Origin: a virus
Virus record (IMG/VR): IMGVR_UViG_3300008113_000084
Location: 1-64,000 of that record
Strand: one strand, 5' to 3'
DNA length: 64,000 bases
The translations under genes and the position numbers were made by a program. The notes beneath the pieces were generated by a model, which saw only the letters and a program-made list of their open reading frames with translations, had not been told where the DNA came from and did not search any database. Of this stretch, positions 37,692 through 47,470 are shown piece by piece. Positions within the stretch are counted from its first letter, which is position 1. The number at the start of each line of letters is the position of its first letter.

Positions 37692-38918
37692 TCAGTCCGC
37701 TGACTCTACGTCCAGGCCGCCGAGATATGAAGCATCCAGCTTGGCCTTGTCCACTTGTTCGCAGTAGGGCACGCCCAACTCAAACTTGCGGCGATTACGC
37801 ACACCAAAGAACCGGTCCAAGCCCTTGACGATCTCGGGCTCTTCCATGATGGCCTTACCCAGCTCGTGCCAGGAGGTCTTCTTCAGGCCGAGAGTCGGAC
37901 AGTCGGCGGTGCGCCTGCTCTTGTCCACGCTCTCGATGTTGATGATCTCGGAGATGCGGCGCTTGCGCGTCGCGTCAAACGAGGTAAGCAACTCGATGCT
38001 AGCGTCGTGCCAGTCCCAGATGGTCTGCTGCTCGCCATTCTCGTCGAAGCGCCAGGTCATGCGAACCTTGAGCTTCTCGTGGTTGGCTGGAGACAACGAG
38101 TTCTTCTCGGTGGCGATCTCGATGTAGCGACCGCTCTCGTTCAGAGTCTCAATGTCGTCCTTGCGCGAAAGGCGCAGCAGGAAGGTCGAGGCGAACTTGA
38201 TGGCCGTGCCACCAGGAATCTTACGGTCGATGGCACCATTAGCAGCCCTGTGTTCCTTCAGGTGGTTCACACCGACGAACGACACGGGCCAGCGTGCCAT
38301 CTTGTTGCAAAACACCTTGAACCAAAGGTTGATAGACTTCGCGATCTGGGAGTAGCCTGGATCGGCGAAACCCTGCGACCAAGTCTTGTCCATCTCGTCC
38401 TGGGTTGTCACAGCGGTCAGCGAGTCAACGCCCAAAGCCACGGGGTAAGGCATGGCTCCTAGCTCGAAACGCTCCTCGGCCTTCTTGACCCAGTCCGTGC
38501 AGCTTTTCTGCCAGTCCTCGACAGAGTCGCTCTGGATGACAGGGTAGGGGCTGTACGGCCCAAGTTGAAGAATCGACTCGCGCAAGTCTGGGCTGTCGCG
38601 AGGCTCGACCAGGTTGTGGACGTAGCCGCCGTGCATCTCTGACGGGTCGTAGGCAACGAGGTCGGTGGTGTTGAAGATGTGCCACCGATAAATCTCAAAC
38701 AGCAAAGCTGTCTTGCAGCTCTCGGACACGCCCACCAGCTCAGTCACGCGACTGTATGGGAACACGTCGTTGCTGAATATGTAACGGAGGCTGATGGCAT
38801 TCAGCGGAAGGCCGATCACAATTTTGTCGAAGTTCTCCTTCTCTCGCTGTGCCAGCTGCGTGGCGAAAAAGTCATTGTTATTGAACTGCTCAACTGCGGT
38901 CGTCTTACGCTTGGCCAT
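37692..38918 (-). CDS. recA: RecA/UvsX-like recombinase
   Basis: ELVGVSESCKT, VDSL, VNHLK, PGGTAIKF, EKN; AGGAG SD before ATG 38918. Confidence 0.85.
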   Translation of the reverse strand: MAKRKTTAVEQFNNNDFFATQLAQREKENFDKIVIGLPLNAISLRYIFSNDVFPYSRVTELVGVSESCKTALLFEIYRWHIFNTTDLVAYDPSEMHGGYVHNLVEPRDSPDLRESILQLGPYSPYPVIQSDSVEDWQKSCTDWVKKAEERFELGAMPYPVALGVDSLTAVTTQDEMDKTWSQGFADPGYSQIAKSINLWFKVFCNKMARWPVSFVGVNHLKEHRAANGAIDRKIPGGTAIKFASTFLLRLSRKDDIETLNESGRYIEIATEKNSLSPANHEKLKVRMTWRFDENGEQQTIWDWHDASIELLTSFDATRKRRISEIINIESVDKSRRTADCPTLGLKKTSWHELGKAIMEEPEIVKGLDRFFGVRNRRKFELGVPYCEQVDKAKLDASYLGGLDVESAD

Positions 38919-38948
38919 GTAACAACTCCTGAGGCAAAAGGGGGCAAG

Positions 38949-38982
38949 GAACACACGCAGGAATTTCTTCCTGCGTGTGTTC
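38949..38982 (-). terminator. 15-bp perfect hairpin with GAAA loop between SSB-like gene and recA
   Basis: GAACACACGCAGGAA/TTCCTGCGTGTGTTC; weak U tail, so possibly a processing or stability element. Confidence 0.55.
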
Positions 38983-39001
38983 TGTCAACAGTCAAAGGTG
39001 A

Positions 39002-40375
39002 TTAGTTGCCTGCGGGGCGGGGAACAGAACCGCCGCGCATGGCCTCTTGACGAGCGCGCATAACCAGGTTGAGCGCGTTGGACATGTCGTCCTGGTTGGC
39101 CAGGGTCTCTCGGACTACGGGAGCACCTGTCGGTTGCACCCCTGGAAAACTAGTCCCAGGGGTATTTGTAGGGGGATCGATGCTTTCGCTGCTCCTAGGT
39201 GCTGGAGCGCCAAAGCCCGAAGCCCTAGGTCGGGCAGGGGCCGGTTGGCTGGCCGCTGGAACGTGCTGCACAGGAGCCTGGGCAACGGGAGCTTGAACAA
39301 CCGGTGCCACCTCGGGAGGACGAGTGCGCCCAAGGCGAATATTGCCCTCGCGGCGGATGGTCGGATCGAGCACGTCGCCGTAGACGTCGTCCAGAGCGTA
39401 GACCAGCAGGTCAGGATAGGGTCGGAACACCTGCTCCAGGTATTTGACCTGCTCCTCGTTGCTGGGGAAGTAAACGGCATCCTCCCAGTTCTTGACGTGA
39501 GCACGGACGATGTCTTCGTACTCAGCCAGATTGGAACCAATACCGTTCCAATCTTTGGTGAGGAAGGCGTCGTAGCCGATAACTTCACGACCGGAGCGGC
39601 TTTCTCGGGACTGGCCGAAGCCTCCAAGATGCTGCTGCGCGTTGCGGGGGTCCTTGCCCTTCGGGAACAGTACGACAAAGCAACCGTCATTCAAAGCGAT
39701 GGGGTCGCCGTGAAGATAGTGGCCAGCGATGTTCTCGGGATCGCCACGGAACTCTGGGTTGCGCTGATCCATGGCCGACTTGATGGCCTGGACAGCGCTA
39801 ACCGGAAGCAGCATGAACACAGTCTCGTCGTCGGCACCGCCGCCGCGAGGAGGGTTGTAGGTGTTGCCCTTGTGCTCAAGGAGCGCCACCTGGACCAGCC
39901 AGCACTCCTTGGCCTCAGCCAACTCAGCGCCGCGTCCCTGCCCGCCCTGCATCATCGATATCCAGTTGACGGAGAAGGGCTGCTTCTGGGCCAGCGCCGA
40001 CTTGACTGCCGTGCGCATGAGTACCAAGGGGTTCCTGCTCATGTCGTATCGGTTGTCGAGAGGGTGGCACAGCGCCCACGCCCTGCCCATGCCGGAAGCC
40101 TGGCAGCTGACATTGGCCGTGACGATGGGAAAGAACCACTGACCGTAGTTGTCAGCGCGAGTGTCGAAGCGCCAGGGATCGAACTCGACAGGGTTGTCGG
40201 GGTTTAGACCTGGGTAGATGCGAAAGACGTTGGGCTTCCCGCTGAAGTCTGGACGCCACAACTCGCCATAGCCGCGCTTCAGAATCATCGTCTGAAACGG
40301 GCGATCCGAGGTGTTGAGAGCGCTCAGGGTTGCGGAAACGCGACGGGAACGAGACATACCATCATTCGTAGACAT
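39002..40375 (-). CDS. Putative ssDNA-binding protein
   Basis: LWRP...FRIYP N-terminus reminiscent of gp32-like SSBs, disordered Pro/Ala tail, position beside recA. Confidence 0.4.
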   Translation of the reverse strand: MSTNDGMSRSRRVSATLSALNTSDRPFQTMILKRGYGELWRPDFSGKPNVFRIYPGLNPDNPVEFDPWRFDTRADNYGQWFFPIVTANVSCQASGMGRAWALCHPLDNRYDMSRNPLVLMRTAVKSALAQKQPFSVNWISMMQGGQGRGAELAEAKECWLVQVALLEHKGNTYNPPRGGGADDETVFMLLPVSAVQAIKSAMDQRNPEFRGDPENIAGHYLHGDPIALNDGCFVVLFPKGKDPRNAQQHLGGFGQSRESRSGREVIGYDAFLTKDWNGIGSNLAEYEDIVRAHVKNWEDAVYFPSNEEQVKYLEQVFRPYPDLLVYALDDVYGDVLDPTIRREGNIRLGRTRPPEVAPVVQAPVAQAPVQHVPAASQPAPARPRASGFGAPAPRSSESIDPPTNTPGTSFPGVQPTGAPVVRETLANQDDMSNALNLVMRARQEAMRGGSVPRPAGN

Positions 40376-40385
40376 GCTATACCTT

Positions 40386-40907
40386 TCAAGAAAAATCTTT
40401 ATACAGGCAGCTGGGCATGACGCCCTTTTGCCCTGAATACTTACCAGAGTATGGAACAATCTTTCCGTACGGTGTCTCGTAAGAAATCTGACAGACACAC
40501 GTACCGGCGTACACCTTCAAAGGATGCACAACAGTAATTTCCAAAGTCCACTTGCCTTTGAAGCCCACGTCGCCGAAACCGGCTGTAACGTGAACCTGCA
40601 TACCAAGCCGACCAACGGAACTGCGCCCCTCTATGTGAGGAACGTGATGAGGGGTCTCGGTGTACTCCTCAGTCTCACCCAAGTATAGGACTCCTGGGTT
40701 AAGGTATAAACCCTCTTCGGGTATTTTTATCTCCTGGACCGGATTGTCTCTGCGCATGTCCAAAATAGCGCTTTTGTAAACAAGCAGCCTTTTGCCAAGG
40801 CGCAGGTTGTAACTGTTTGGGTTCACCTGCTCCAGCTTAAACGGCTCGATCACAATTCTTTTTTGGGCAATCTCTTCGACAATAGCCGATCCAGTGAGAA
40901 TTGACAT
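40386..40907 (-). CDS. dcd: dCTP deaminase
   Basis: PNSYNLRL, EGRSSVGRLG, TAGFGDVGFKGKWTLEI. Confidence 0.95.
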   Translation of the reverse strand: MSILTGSAIVEEIAQKRIVIEPFKLEQVNPNSYNLRLGKRLLVYKSAILDMRRDNPVQEIKIPEEGLYLNPGVLYLGETEEYTETPHHVPHIEGRSSVGRLGMQVHVTAGFGDVGFKGKWTLEITVVHPLKVYAGTCVCQISYETPYGKIVPYSGKYSGQKGVMPSCLYKDFS

Positions 40908-43900
40908 TTACACTCCGTAGCTTTCACTGATGCCCATCTGCTGACACTCCTCCTTGGTAACAGGAACCGACCATTTGCGGAAGATGTCGGGAGGAGGAAC
41001 CTGCAAATGAAAAGGTCCAGCTTGAGTGTATCTCGTGCCATCCAAGTGACAAGGGTAAACCTCGACTCTTTTACTCATGCACGTTGGAATGACGTCGGTT
41101 ATCACCCAATCGACGCAGTGATATGGGACTTCCAGAACCACGGCATCATGCACCTGTAGGACGATGTCGTACCACAGGTCTGGGTTTTCCTGCTCATACC
41201 TGTACCAGTACAGGTGGTCCAGGGCGCGGGACATGGCGTCTGCCACAGCGCTCTGGATGGGGAAGTTCATCGCTTGCCTCTGCTGCTCGCTGACAACGTC
41301 CCTTTCTCGCGTGGGGACGAATCGACGATATCGGCCAAAGCAGTTGACGATGTAGCCAGGGTTCTGGCTCATCTCCCTACAGCTGTGGAAATAGTGAGGC
41401 AAAGCTTCATACATAGCCACCAGCCCGTCGATGAGGCGCTGGGCCTGCTCGACGCTGACGTCTGCACCTTCTTGCTTGGCTTTGCGTGAGGTTGCTTCAG
41501 CTTGCTGGCCGTAAGCGTAGCCGAATACCACAGCCTTGGCCGCAGTACGCAGTGCCGCCTTGCCGATGCTAGCCAAGCCTTTCTTGGTGGCTGGGCAAGC
41601 CAGACCGAAAGCAGACACGGCCACATTGCTGTGGATGTCGTAGTACTCTGGATCGGACTCGTCCAAACCAGAGCGACGTACATGGTCGATCATGTTCTTG
41701 TCGCCAGACTGCCACGCCATGATAGCCAGCTCAGCACCTGTGTAGTCGGCATCGACGAACACATGGCCAGGTCTGGCCTCGACAATGGAGCGCAGGGGAA
41801 ACTTGTACCGAAGGCCAGTCTCGTCGCCGTGTCGTTTGAAGACCGCCTTGTACTTCTCCTCAGCCGTCTTTCCCAGATTCTGCAACGGAGGACGAGCGCT
41901 GGAGGCTCGCCCCGTCTCCTTGGTCTGGAAGAACTGGCTGCGCACCCTGCCGTCGATATGGACATACGACAGCAGGCCTGACTCGTATTCAATGCGCCCG
42001 TCCTCGTCCCTGACTGCCTCGCCCTCCTCAACGCCCTTGCCTGGCCTGAGCACGTACTTGGTCAGCTGGGCAACATAGCGAATATCCCGCAGCAGGGCCA
42101 CGCACTCGTGCTGATCGGCCATGATCTGCAAGACTTCCTTGTCGGTGGAGACTTGATTCTCGGCCTCCTGGCCCTTCTGCATGATCTCGCGCCACAGTTT
42201 GGGGCGCTTGCCCGTGGACTTGTAGGGAGTCAGCTCCAGGGAAAGCGCACCCTCGGGTCGGACACGCCTAGGGCCGAAGGTCTCCTTGTCGAATATGCCG
42301 TTGTACTTGACGCCGAAAAGCATCTCGCGGCAGTGCGACACGCTGTTGGGATTGAAATCAGGCCAGTTCAGTTTTCTGCGCAGAATTTCCAGAAGACTGT
42401 CCCTGGTGCGGACATAATGCTCGGTCAGCTCCTCGGCGGAATCCAGGTTGATCTTCAGGCCGGTCATGTGCATCTCGCCGAAAGCGAGGGCGGCGCGAGC
42501 AGACACCCAGAAGGGAATACGACAGTTGTTGCCGTAGGCGTCGCGGTCCAGCAGGCCAGGGCTGTCGCCCACGCCGTTGTAGACATCGAAGAGCCGTCGC
42601 GTCGTGTCGGCGTCGTAATTGCCGTACGGCACGATGATCTCGTCTGGGCAGTCGCCGTAGCCCTCCAAGCCGTCCGAGTCCAGCTTGTTCTCCTCGCAGT
42701 AACGCTTCTTCCATTTCTGTAGTTCAACGTCGTAGCGAGGAACACCGACGAGGCGAGTGCCCAAGACCTCCAGCTTGAAGTCGCCCGTCTCGTTGACCGA
42801 GTGGGCCGCAAGCAGGGTGTCAAAGCCGCCTTGTGTCTTTGTCTTCTGGTAACCGAAGAGCTTGGTGGTCCCGTCAGCCTCATAGTCGTCAATCGGAGCG
42901 CAATACTCCTCGCGGATATCCAGACCCACGCTCATCAGCCACGGCATGTCGGCGTTGAGGTAATGGCCGACAACACGGACTGGACGCTCAGGCGTGGACT
43001 TGAGTATTTTGCGCAGTTCTTGCACAGCGGCTGGGATGCCGCCCGCTATAGGCTCCTTTCCGCCCTGGGTGTGCATGATGACAGCAGCTGCCTTGCCTGG
43101 CTTCCAGCTGATCTGGATGGTGCGAACGTAGGAGTTCTTCTCGCCAGGAAAAGCGCCATTCCACTCAGCGTCTATGGCTATGACGTCGTTTGTCTTATCG
43201 CTAAGAATTTCTTCACGCAGGTCTGCCAGCTCCTCCACGGAACGTATAGTCCTGTGGTCGATCTGGTCAACGACTACGCTGCTGCCGTTAACGCACCTGG
43301 CCAGGTACTCTACAGAACATTTGATCTCGTCGAACTTCTCGGGCTTCTTGACGGCGATACTGGGACTGATCGAGGTTATGGCGTTGGCCTCGACAATTTC
43401 TCCATCTATGGCCGTGTACGTGTACTTGAGCACGCGTCCTTGGGTGTTGCTGATAGTGTGGCCTCTGCCGAGCACGGCGGAGATGGCTTCTGACCCAAGC
43501 AGAAGAATGTGCTTGGGTTTGACGATGCGTATCTCCTGGTGCAGAATAGGCAGGCAGTTCTTCATCCAGCATGCCTTGAAGTTGGTGCTTCTGGGGTCTG
43601 GGTGATCGTGCTTGATCACGGGAGTAGCGTAGACAGGCACGGTGTTGTCCAGACCAGCGCCCATGAAGCACCTGTCCAGAATGTCATGAACGCTGCCTGT
43701 GATGGGCCTGCCCTCACGAATGTCGGTCTTCGTGGCATGCTTGTAGATCATCATGATGTCGCAAGGCTGCGGCCCCATGACAACATCGGCGTCCCAAATG
43801 CCACCGATCAAAAACGGCAGAGTATGCATTCGGGCCATGTAGGCGACGGGCATGGCGAACATATCATCGTACATCGCTCTGTAGTAGAGCTGCTGCAACT

Positions 43901-44105
43901 CAAACTCTTTGGTCTTGTAGAGAATTCCTTTGTTCTCAAGCAGACTGGAATAATTGTCGAAGTCAGGTCCTGGTCCTGGCATCTCGTCCGAATCGATAGG
44001 CAGCATTGGAAAGAGTGAACCTAGACCCGCCTCTCCGTTCTCCTCTCCGCGCAGCATGTGCAAGAACTTGATCTCGGAATAAACACTTCTGAACAGGTGA
44101 CTCAT
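40908..44105 (-). CDS. polA: Family A DNA polymerase with N-terminal UDG-like and 3'-5' exonuclease domains
   Basis: QEIRIVKPKHILLLG (UDG family 4-like), IDAE, YDAD, ETGRASS.RPPLQN, DADYTGAEL, RTAAKAVVFGYAYG, NFPIQS, QVHD. Confidence 0.95.
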   Translation of the reverse strand: MSHLFRSVYSEIKFLHMLRGEENGEAGLGSLFPMLPIDSDEMPGPGPDFDNYSSLLENKGILYKTKEFELQQLYYRAMYDDMFAMPVAYMARMHTLPFLIGGIWDADVVMGPQPCDIMMIYKHATKTDIREGRPITGSVHDILDRCFMGAGLDNTVPVYATPVIKHDHPDPRSTNFKACWMKNCLPILHQEIRIVKPKHILLLGSEAISAVLGRGHTISNTQGRVLKYTYTAIDGEIVEANAITSISPSIAVKKPEKFDEIKCSVEYLARCVNGSSVVVDQIDHRTIRSVEELADLREEILSDKTNDVIAIDAEWNGAFPGEKNSYVRTIQISWKPGKAAAVIMHTQGGKEPIAGGIPAAVQELRKILKSTPERPVRVVGHYLNADMPWLMSVGLDIREEYCAPIDDYEADGTTKLFGYQKTKTQGGFDTLLAAHSVNETGDFKLEVLGTRLVGVPRYDVELQKWKKRYCEENKLDSDGLEGYGDCPDEIIVPYGNYDADTTRRLFDVYNGVGDSPGLLDRDAYGNNCRIPFWVSARAALAFGEMHMTGLKINLDSAEELTEHYVRTRDSLLEILRRKLNWPDFNPNSVSHCREMLFGVKYNGIFDKETFGPRRVRPEGALSLELTPYKSTGKRPKLWREIMQKGQEAENQVSTDKEVLQIMADQHECVALLRDIRYVAQLTKYVLRPGKGVEEGEAVRDEDGRIEYESGLLSYVHIDGRVRSQFFQTKETGRASSARPPLQNLGKTAEEKYKAVFKRHGDETGLRYKFPLRSIVEARPGHVFVDADYTGAELAIMAWQSGDKNMIDHVRRSGLDESDPEYYDIHSNVAVSAFGLACPATKKGLASIGKAALRTAAKAVVFGYAYGQQAEATSRKAKQEGADVSVEQAQRLIDGLVAMYEALPHYFHSCREMSQNPGYIVNCFGRYRRFVPTRERDVVSEQQRQAMNFPIQSAVADAMSRALDHLYWYRYEQENPDLWYDIVLQVHDAVVLEVPYHCVDWVITDVIPTCMSKRVEVYPCHLDGTRYTQAGPFHLQVPPPDIFRKWSVPVTKEECQQMGISESYGV

Positions 44106-45121
44106 GCCAAACCCCTTTTCTCAATCTCGTGATTGATGAGGCCCCAGCACTCCTCCCTGGTCATGCTTCCTGGGTCCTTGGCCGTACTGACCACGGGAAA
44201 AACCCTTCGACCCAGGTACGGGTACAGCGCCGACGCGAAGCCGACAGACTTGTCGGAAGCGTCGGCATCGAGAAAGATGGCGACGGGCTTGTCAGCAAAG
44301 CCTTCCTGAATCAGCTTTTTCTGGTTGTCGGTCATGTCCGACCCCAGCAATGCCACAGCTTCAGGACCTACTCGCCAAACGTCAGCTGCGCCCTCGACCA
44401 CAACGCAGATATTTCTGGTCTTGGCCAGGTCGTAGTTGTAGAGCATGTCTTTCTTGGACATGCCCCTAAGGTTGAAATACTTCTGTACGTTGCTCTCCTT
44501 CCAGTTGGGATCGCCAATATAGCGACCCTGCCAGCCCACAAGCATTCCCTTGAAGGCTATAGGTATGAAAATGCGATTGGTCAGCGGATAATAGGTGCGG
44601 TCAAAGACGCTCTCACAGTAACCTACTCCGAAATTCGACTCAAGCTCGTAGGGGTCGTAGCCCCTGCCTTGCAGATAGGTTATCGCGTGGTGCTCTGGCG
44701 GCAGCTCCGAGAAAAGCCTTATGACACCTGGAAGAGGTTTTTCTTCCAGGGGTTTAGACGGGTCTATCTCAGAACCTTGCGTGACTTGCAACACAACATG
44801 ACGCTGGCCGTTGAAGATAATGTTGTACAGCTCCTTGCGGTTCTCCGATCCGAAGATACCGTCAAGGCAGCGAGTTTCGTTGTAGCAGACTGCCAACCAT
44901 CGATGCTCGGCAAACCTGTGATTAACCCACAGTCGCTGTTTCCTGTCTCCACAGAAGGGACAGTTGACGCGATAGTATTCGCCAGGGGACAAAACCTCGG
45001 TAACAACCCTGTAGCCGATTAGCCTGTCGCGCATCTGTAGCGACATGCCTTGGTTGGCGATCTTGACTACACCGAATTTCTCCTCAAGTCTTGCATACAG
45101 CTCTCGACATAGTACTCGCAT
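44102..45121 (-). CDS. DNA primase (Zn-finger plus TOPRIM)
   Basis: CPFCGD, GWQGR, VVEGAAD, FLDAD. Confidence 0.9.
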   Translation of the reverse strand: MRVLCRELYARLEEKFGVVKIANQGMSLQMRDRLIGYRVVTEVLSPGEYYRVNCPFCGDRKQRLWVNHRFAEHRWLAVCYNETRCLDGIFGSENRKELYNIIFNGQRHVVLQVTQGSEIDPSKPLEEKPLPGVIRLFSELPPEHHAITYLQGRGYDPYELESNFGVGYCESVFDRTYYPLTNRIFIPIAFKGMLVGWQGRYIGDPNWKESNVQKYFNLRGMSKKDMLYNYDLAKTRNICVVVEGAADVWRVGPEAVALLGSDMTDNQKKLIQEGFADKPVAIFLDADASDKSVGFASALYPYLGRRVFPVVSTAKDPGSMTREECWGLINHEIEKRGLA

Positions 45122-45130
45122 GGTTCACTC

Positions 45131-46771
45131 TCAGTTTGGGTTCATGTCGTCAGCCGTGACGGATGGGACCCTGGCTGAGCGTGTCGCCCTCCTCTGTGGT
45201 GCTTCGTTAGTAACGGCAACGTTCCTAGCTTCTACGTGTTGTAAAGAATTGTTTACTATGCGGAACTCGTCGGTGAGGCGCAGACCCTGGCAGTAGGGAA
45301 TGTACTCAAGAGACGGCATCTTCCTGGGTGGCTCGACGTCGCGTGCCTTCGACATGTTCATGTTGACGACAAGTTTGTCGTCGCTGTCCTTGGTGGGCTG
45401 CGACAGAGTGAAGCAGAACCAGCAGTTTTCGCCGAAGTCGGAAGCCTCGGACGAGTCTATGTGCGACAACAACGTGCCAGGCTTCTTGCTCAACGCAGCC
45501 TTGTTCATCTGCTGCAAAATCAAGGATGCGCAGTTAAACTTGTCAGCCACCTGCCGTCTGACGTAGTCGGGCAACCTGCCCAGGTGGTGTCGAATCTGCT
45601 CGGCGGAAATGCCGTTCAGGTCCATGTACCGCCTGGTGAAGGCCTTCGCATAGTCGAGTATGAACAGCGACACGCCCTTGCCGGACTCCTGGCAGTACGT
45701 GTCCGTCATCATCTCCAGGTCGGACACATAGCCCTTGCCGAGAACGTCAGACCCTTCGGTTGCCCCAGACAGATCGATGATCTTCAAAAACTTATCGATC
45801 TTTTCTATAGCCTCTTCCAGCCGAACGGTCTCGGGAAGGGCTATGCCGTACTTGACTTGGTAGTCGTCTGGGTCGGTTGGAACATAATCACGCAGTGGGT
45901 TGATGGAGTTGAAATGATCGCGAATGCGCCTAGCCGGAATCTTGGACAGGAACGACAGCACCCTAAACGATATTTCCTCGGGAGCGCCCTCGCAGTTTGC
46001 GAATACAACAATCTCAGACTCTTCTCCACGCAGGTGCTTGTTCCACTCTAGGCTGATACGGCAGGCAGCCGCCTGTGTGGCAACGGTGGTTTTACAGCCG
46101 CCGAACACGCCAAACAGACCGCTGACTGTCTTCCTGTGCAAACCGCCCTGGGTCAGCGCGTTCAGAAAATCCATGTGCTGGTCGAAGGACACATAGTTGT
46201 TCAGCCGCTGCCGTACTTGAGGAACAGAAGATATGGTGCTGCGATTCAACAACCGCTGAACTTCCAGCAGATTGCGACTGGCCGCCTCAAAGATATCGCC
46301 TGGGTTGGCTAACGACGCGTTAGAAGCGTTGAGCAAAGCGCTGCGCGTCGGCATGACTACGCGACGATCAATAATCAGTTCGCGCAGCAGCTGCGTTGCC
46401 ACAAATTCTGTGGAACGCACTTCCTCTGGTGTCGAGATAGCCAGTAGCGAGTAGATGGCCAAGGTTTCTTCGCTGGCCACTTTCTCAGAAAAGCCTGAGT
46501 GGTTCTCCCTTGCCAGACTGGTCATCTCGGCTACCGCCAAGCCCTGCACGGGCAGTTCGTTGGTAGCGTCGAAGTGCGACAGTAGCATGCGTAGGAACGC
46601 TGCGTGAAATTCTTCGCCAGGGTTGTTGAGAATCTCAGGAAGAAATGAAGGCTTTACCTTGACGAACAGTACTTTGTTTCTGACCAGAACACCGAATATG
46701 ACTATCAGATGTTCTGGTGTTATTGCCCTCTTTACAAGCGGCTGTCGATTGCCAGGTCTCTGGCCAAACAT
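45131..46771 (-). CDS. DnaB-like replicative helicase
   Basis: GVFGGCKT, FANCE, ILDY, LQQMN, KAR; adjacent to primase. Confidence 0.75.
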   Translation of the reverse strand: MFGQRPGNRQPLVKRAITPEHLIVIFGVLVRNKVLFVKVKPSFLPEILNNPGEEFHAAFLRMLLSHFDATNELPVQGLAVAEMTSLARENHSGFSEKVASEETLAIYSLLAISTPEEVRSTEFVATQLLRELIIDRRVVMPTRSALLNASNASLANPGDIFEAASRNLLEVQRLLNRSTISSVPQVRQRLNNYVSFDQHMDFLNALTQGGLHRKTVSGLFGVFGGCKTTVATQAAACRISLEWNKHLRGEESEIVVFANCEGAPEEISFRVLSFLSKIPARRIRDHFNSINPLRDYVPTDPDDYQVKYGIALPETVRLEEAIEKIDKFLKIIDLSGATEGSDVLGKGYVSDLEMMTDTYCQESGKGVSLFILDYAKAFTRRYMDLNGISAEQIRHHLGRLPDYVRRQVADKFNCASLILQQMNKAALSKKPGTLLSHIDSSEASDFGENCWFCFTLSQPTKDSDDKLVVNMNMSKARDVEPPRKMPSLEYIPYCQGLRLTDEFRIVNNSLQHVEARNVAVTNEAPQRRATRSARVPSVTADDMNPN

Positions 46772-46785
46772 AAAAACCTCCGTGA

Positions 46786-47469
46786 CTACACGGCAGAAAG
46801 CTCAGCCTCTTCAACAATGTCTTTGGGAATAATTTCTTTCCACAAAGAACTGTCGTAAGACCTTTTCTGCCTGAGATATTCGATGACAGCAGGCGACCTT
46901 GTTACCTGTGCTACAGCGTCTATTCCGTTGACGAGAGCAAGGTGGTGCCTAAACAACGCAGAAAAAGGCAGGGTTAAGTCACGAACAATACTGTCGATGA
47001 CTTTCTCTGGAGTCCAACCGTAACGTGATATGTAAACACTTCTGTTCTCCGCTTCTATCTCTAGGTTTTTAAAGTATTGGTACAACTGTTGGTTTAGCGC
47101 GTCAACAGGTACCTCTTCTTTTCTACACAAATCCAGCGCAGCGCTGGACATGCAATCTGTCGGTTCTGGAGCGCGGGGGCCTCTAGTGTGTGTAAATCTT
47201 GTCTTGATCAGCTCTATGGGGTCCACGCCTGACTTAAAAGCAAACTGAGCTATCTTTGGCCATATAGGCTTATAGCTTTTACCGTATTTGTCTTGCACTG
47301 GTCTTCTAGTAGAGCCAGGCCTGACATCGTCTGTTCCGTCCCATTTAGGTATAGGTGATAAACCATAGGAGCTAGGCCGACCGCTCAGTCTCGACTCAAA
47401 CTTTCTCCTTTCTGTAACGTATGTCTGCCGTATGCGCTGGTGCAGCTCTGTCTCTGCGTCTCTTTGCAT
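46786..47469 (-). CDS. Hypothetical protein between the two helicases
   Basis: Start refined to MQRDA; function unknown. Confidence 0.7.
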   Translation of the reverse strand: MQRDAETELHQRIRQTYVTERRKFESRLSGRPSSYGLSPIPKWDGTDDVRPGSTRRPVQDKYGKSYKPIWPKIAQFAFKSGVDPIELIKTRFTHTRGPRAPEPTDCMSSAALDLCRKEEVPVDALNQQLYQYFKNLEIEAENRSVYISRYGWTPEKVIDSIVRDLTLPFSALFRHHLALVNGIDAVAQVTRSPAVIEYLRQKRSYDSSLWKEIIPKDIVEEAELSAV

Positions 47470-47470
47470 A

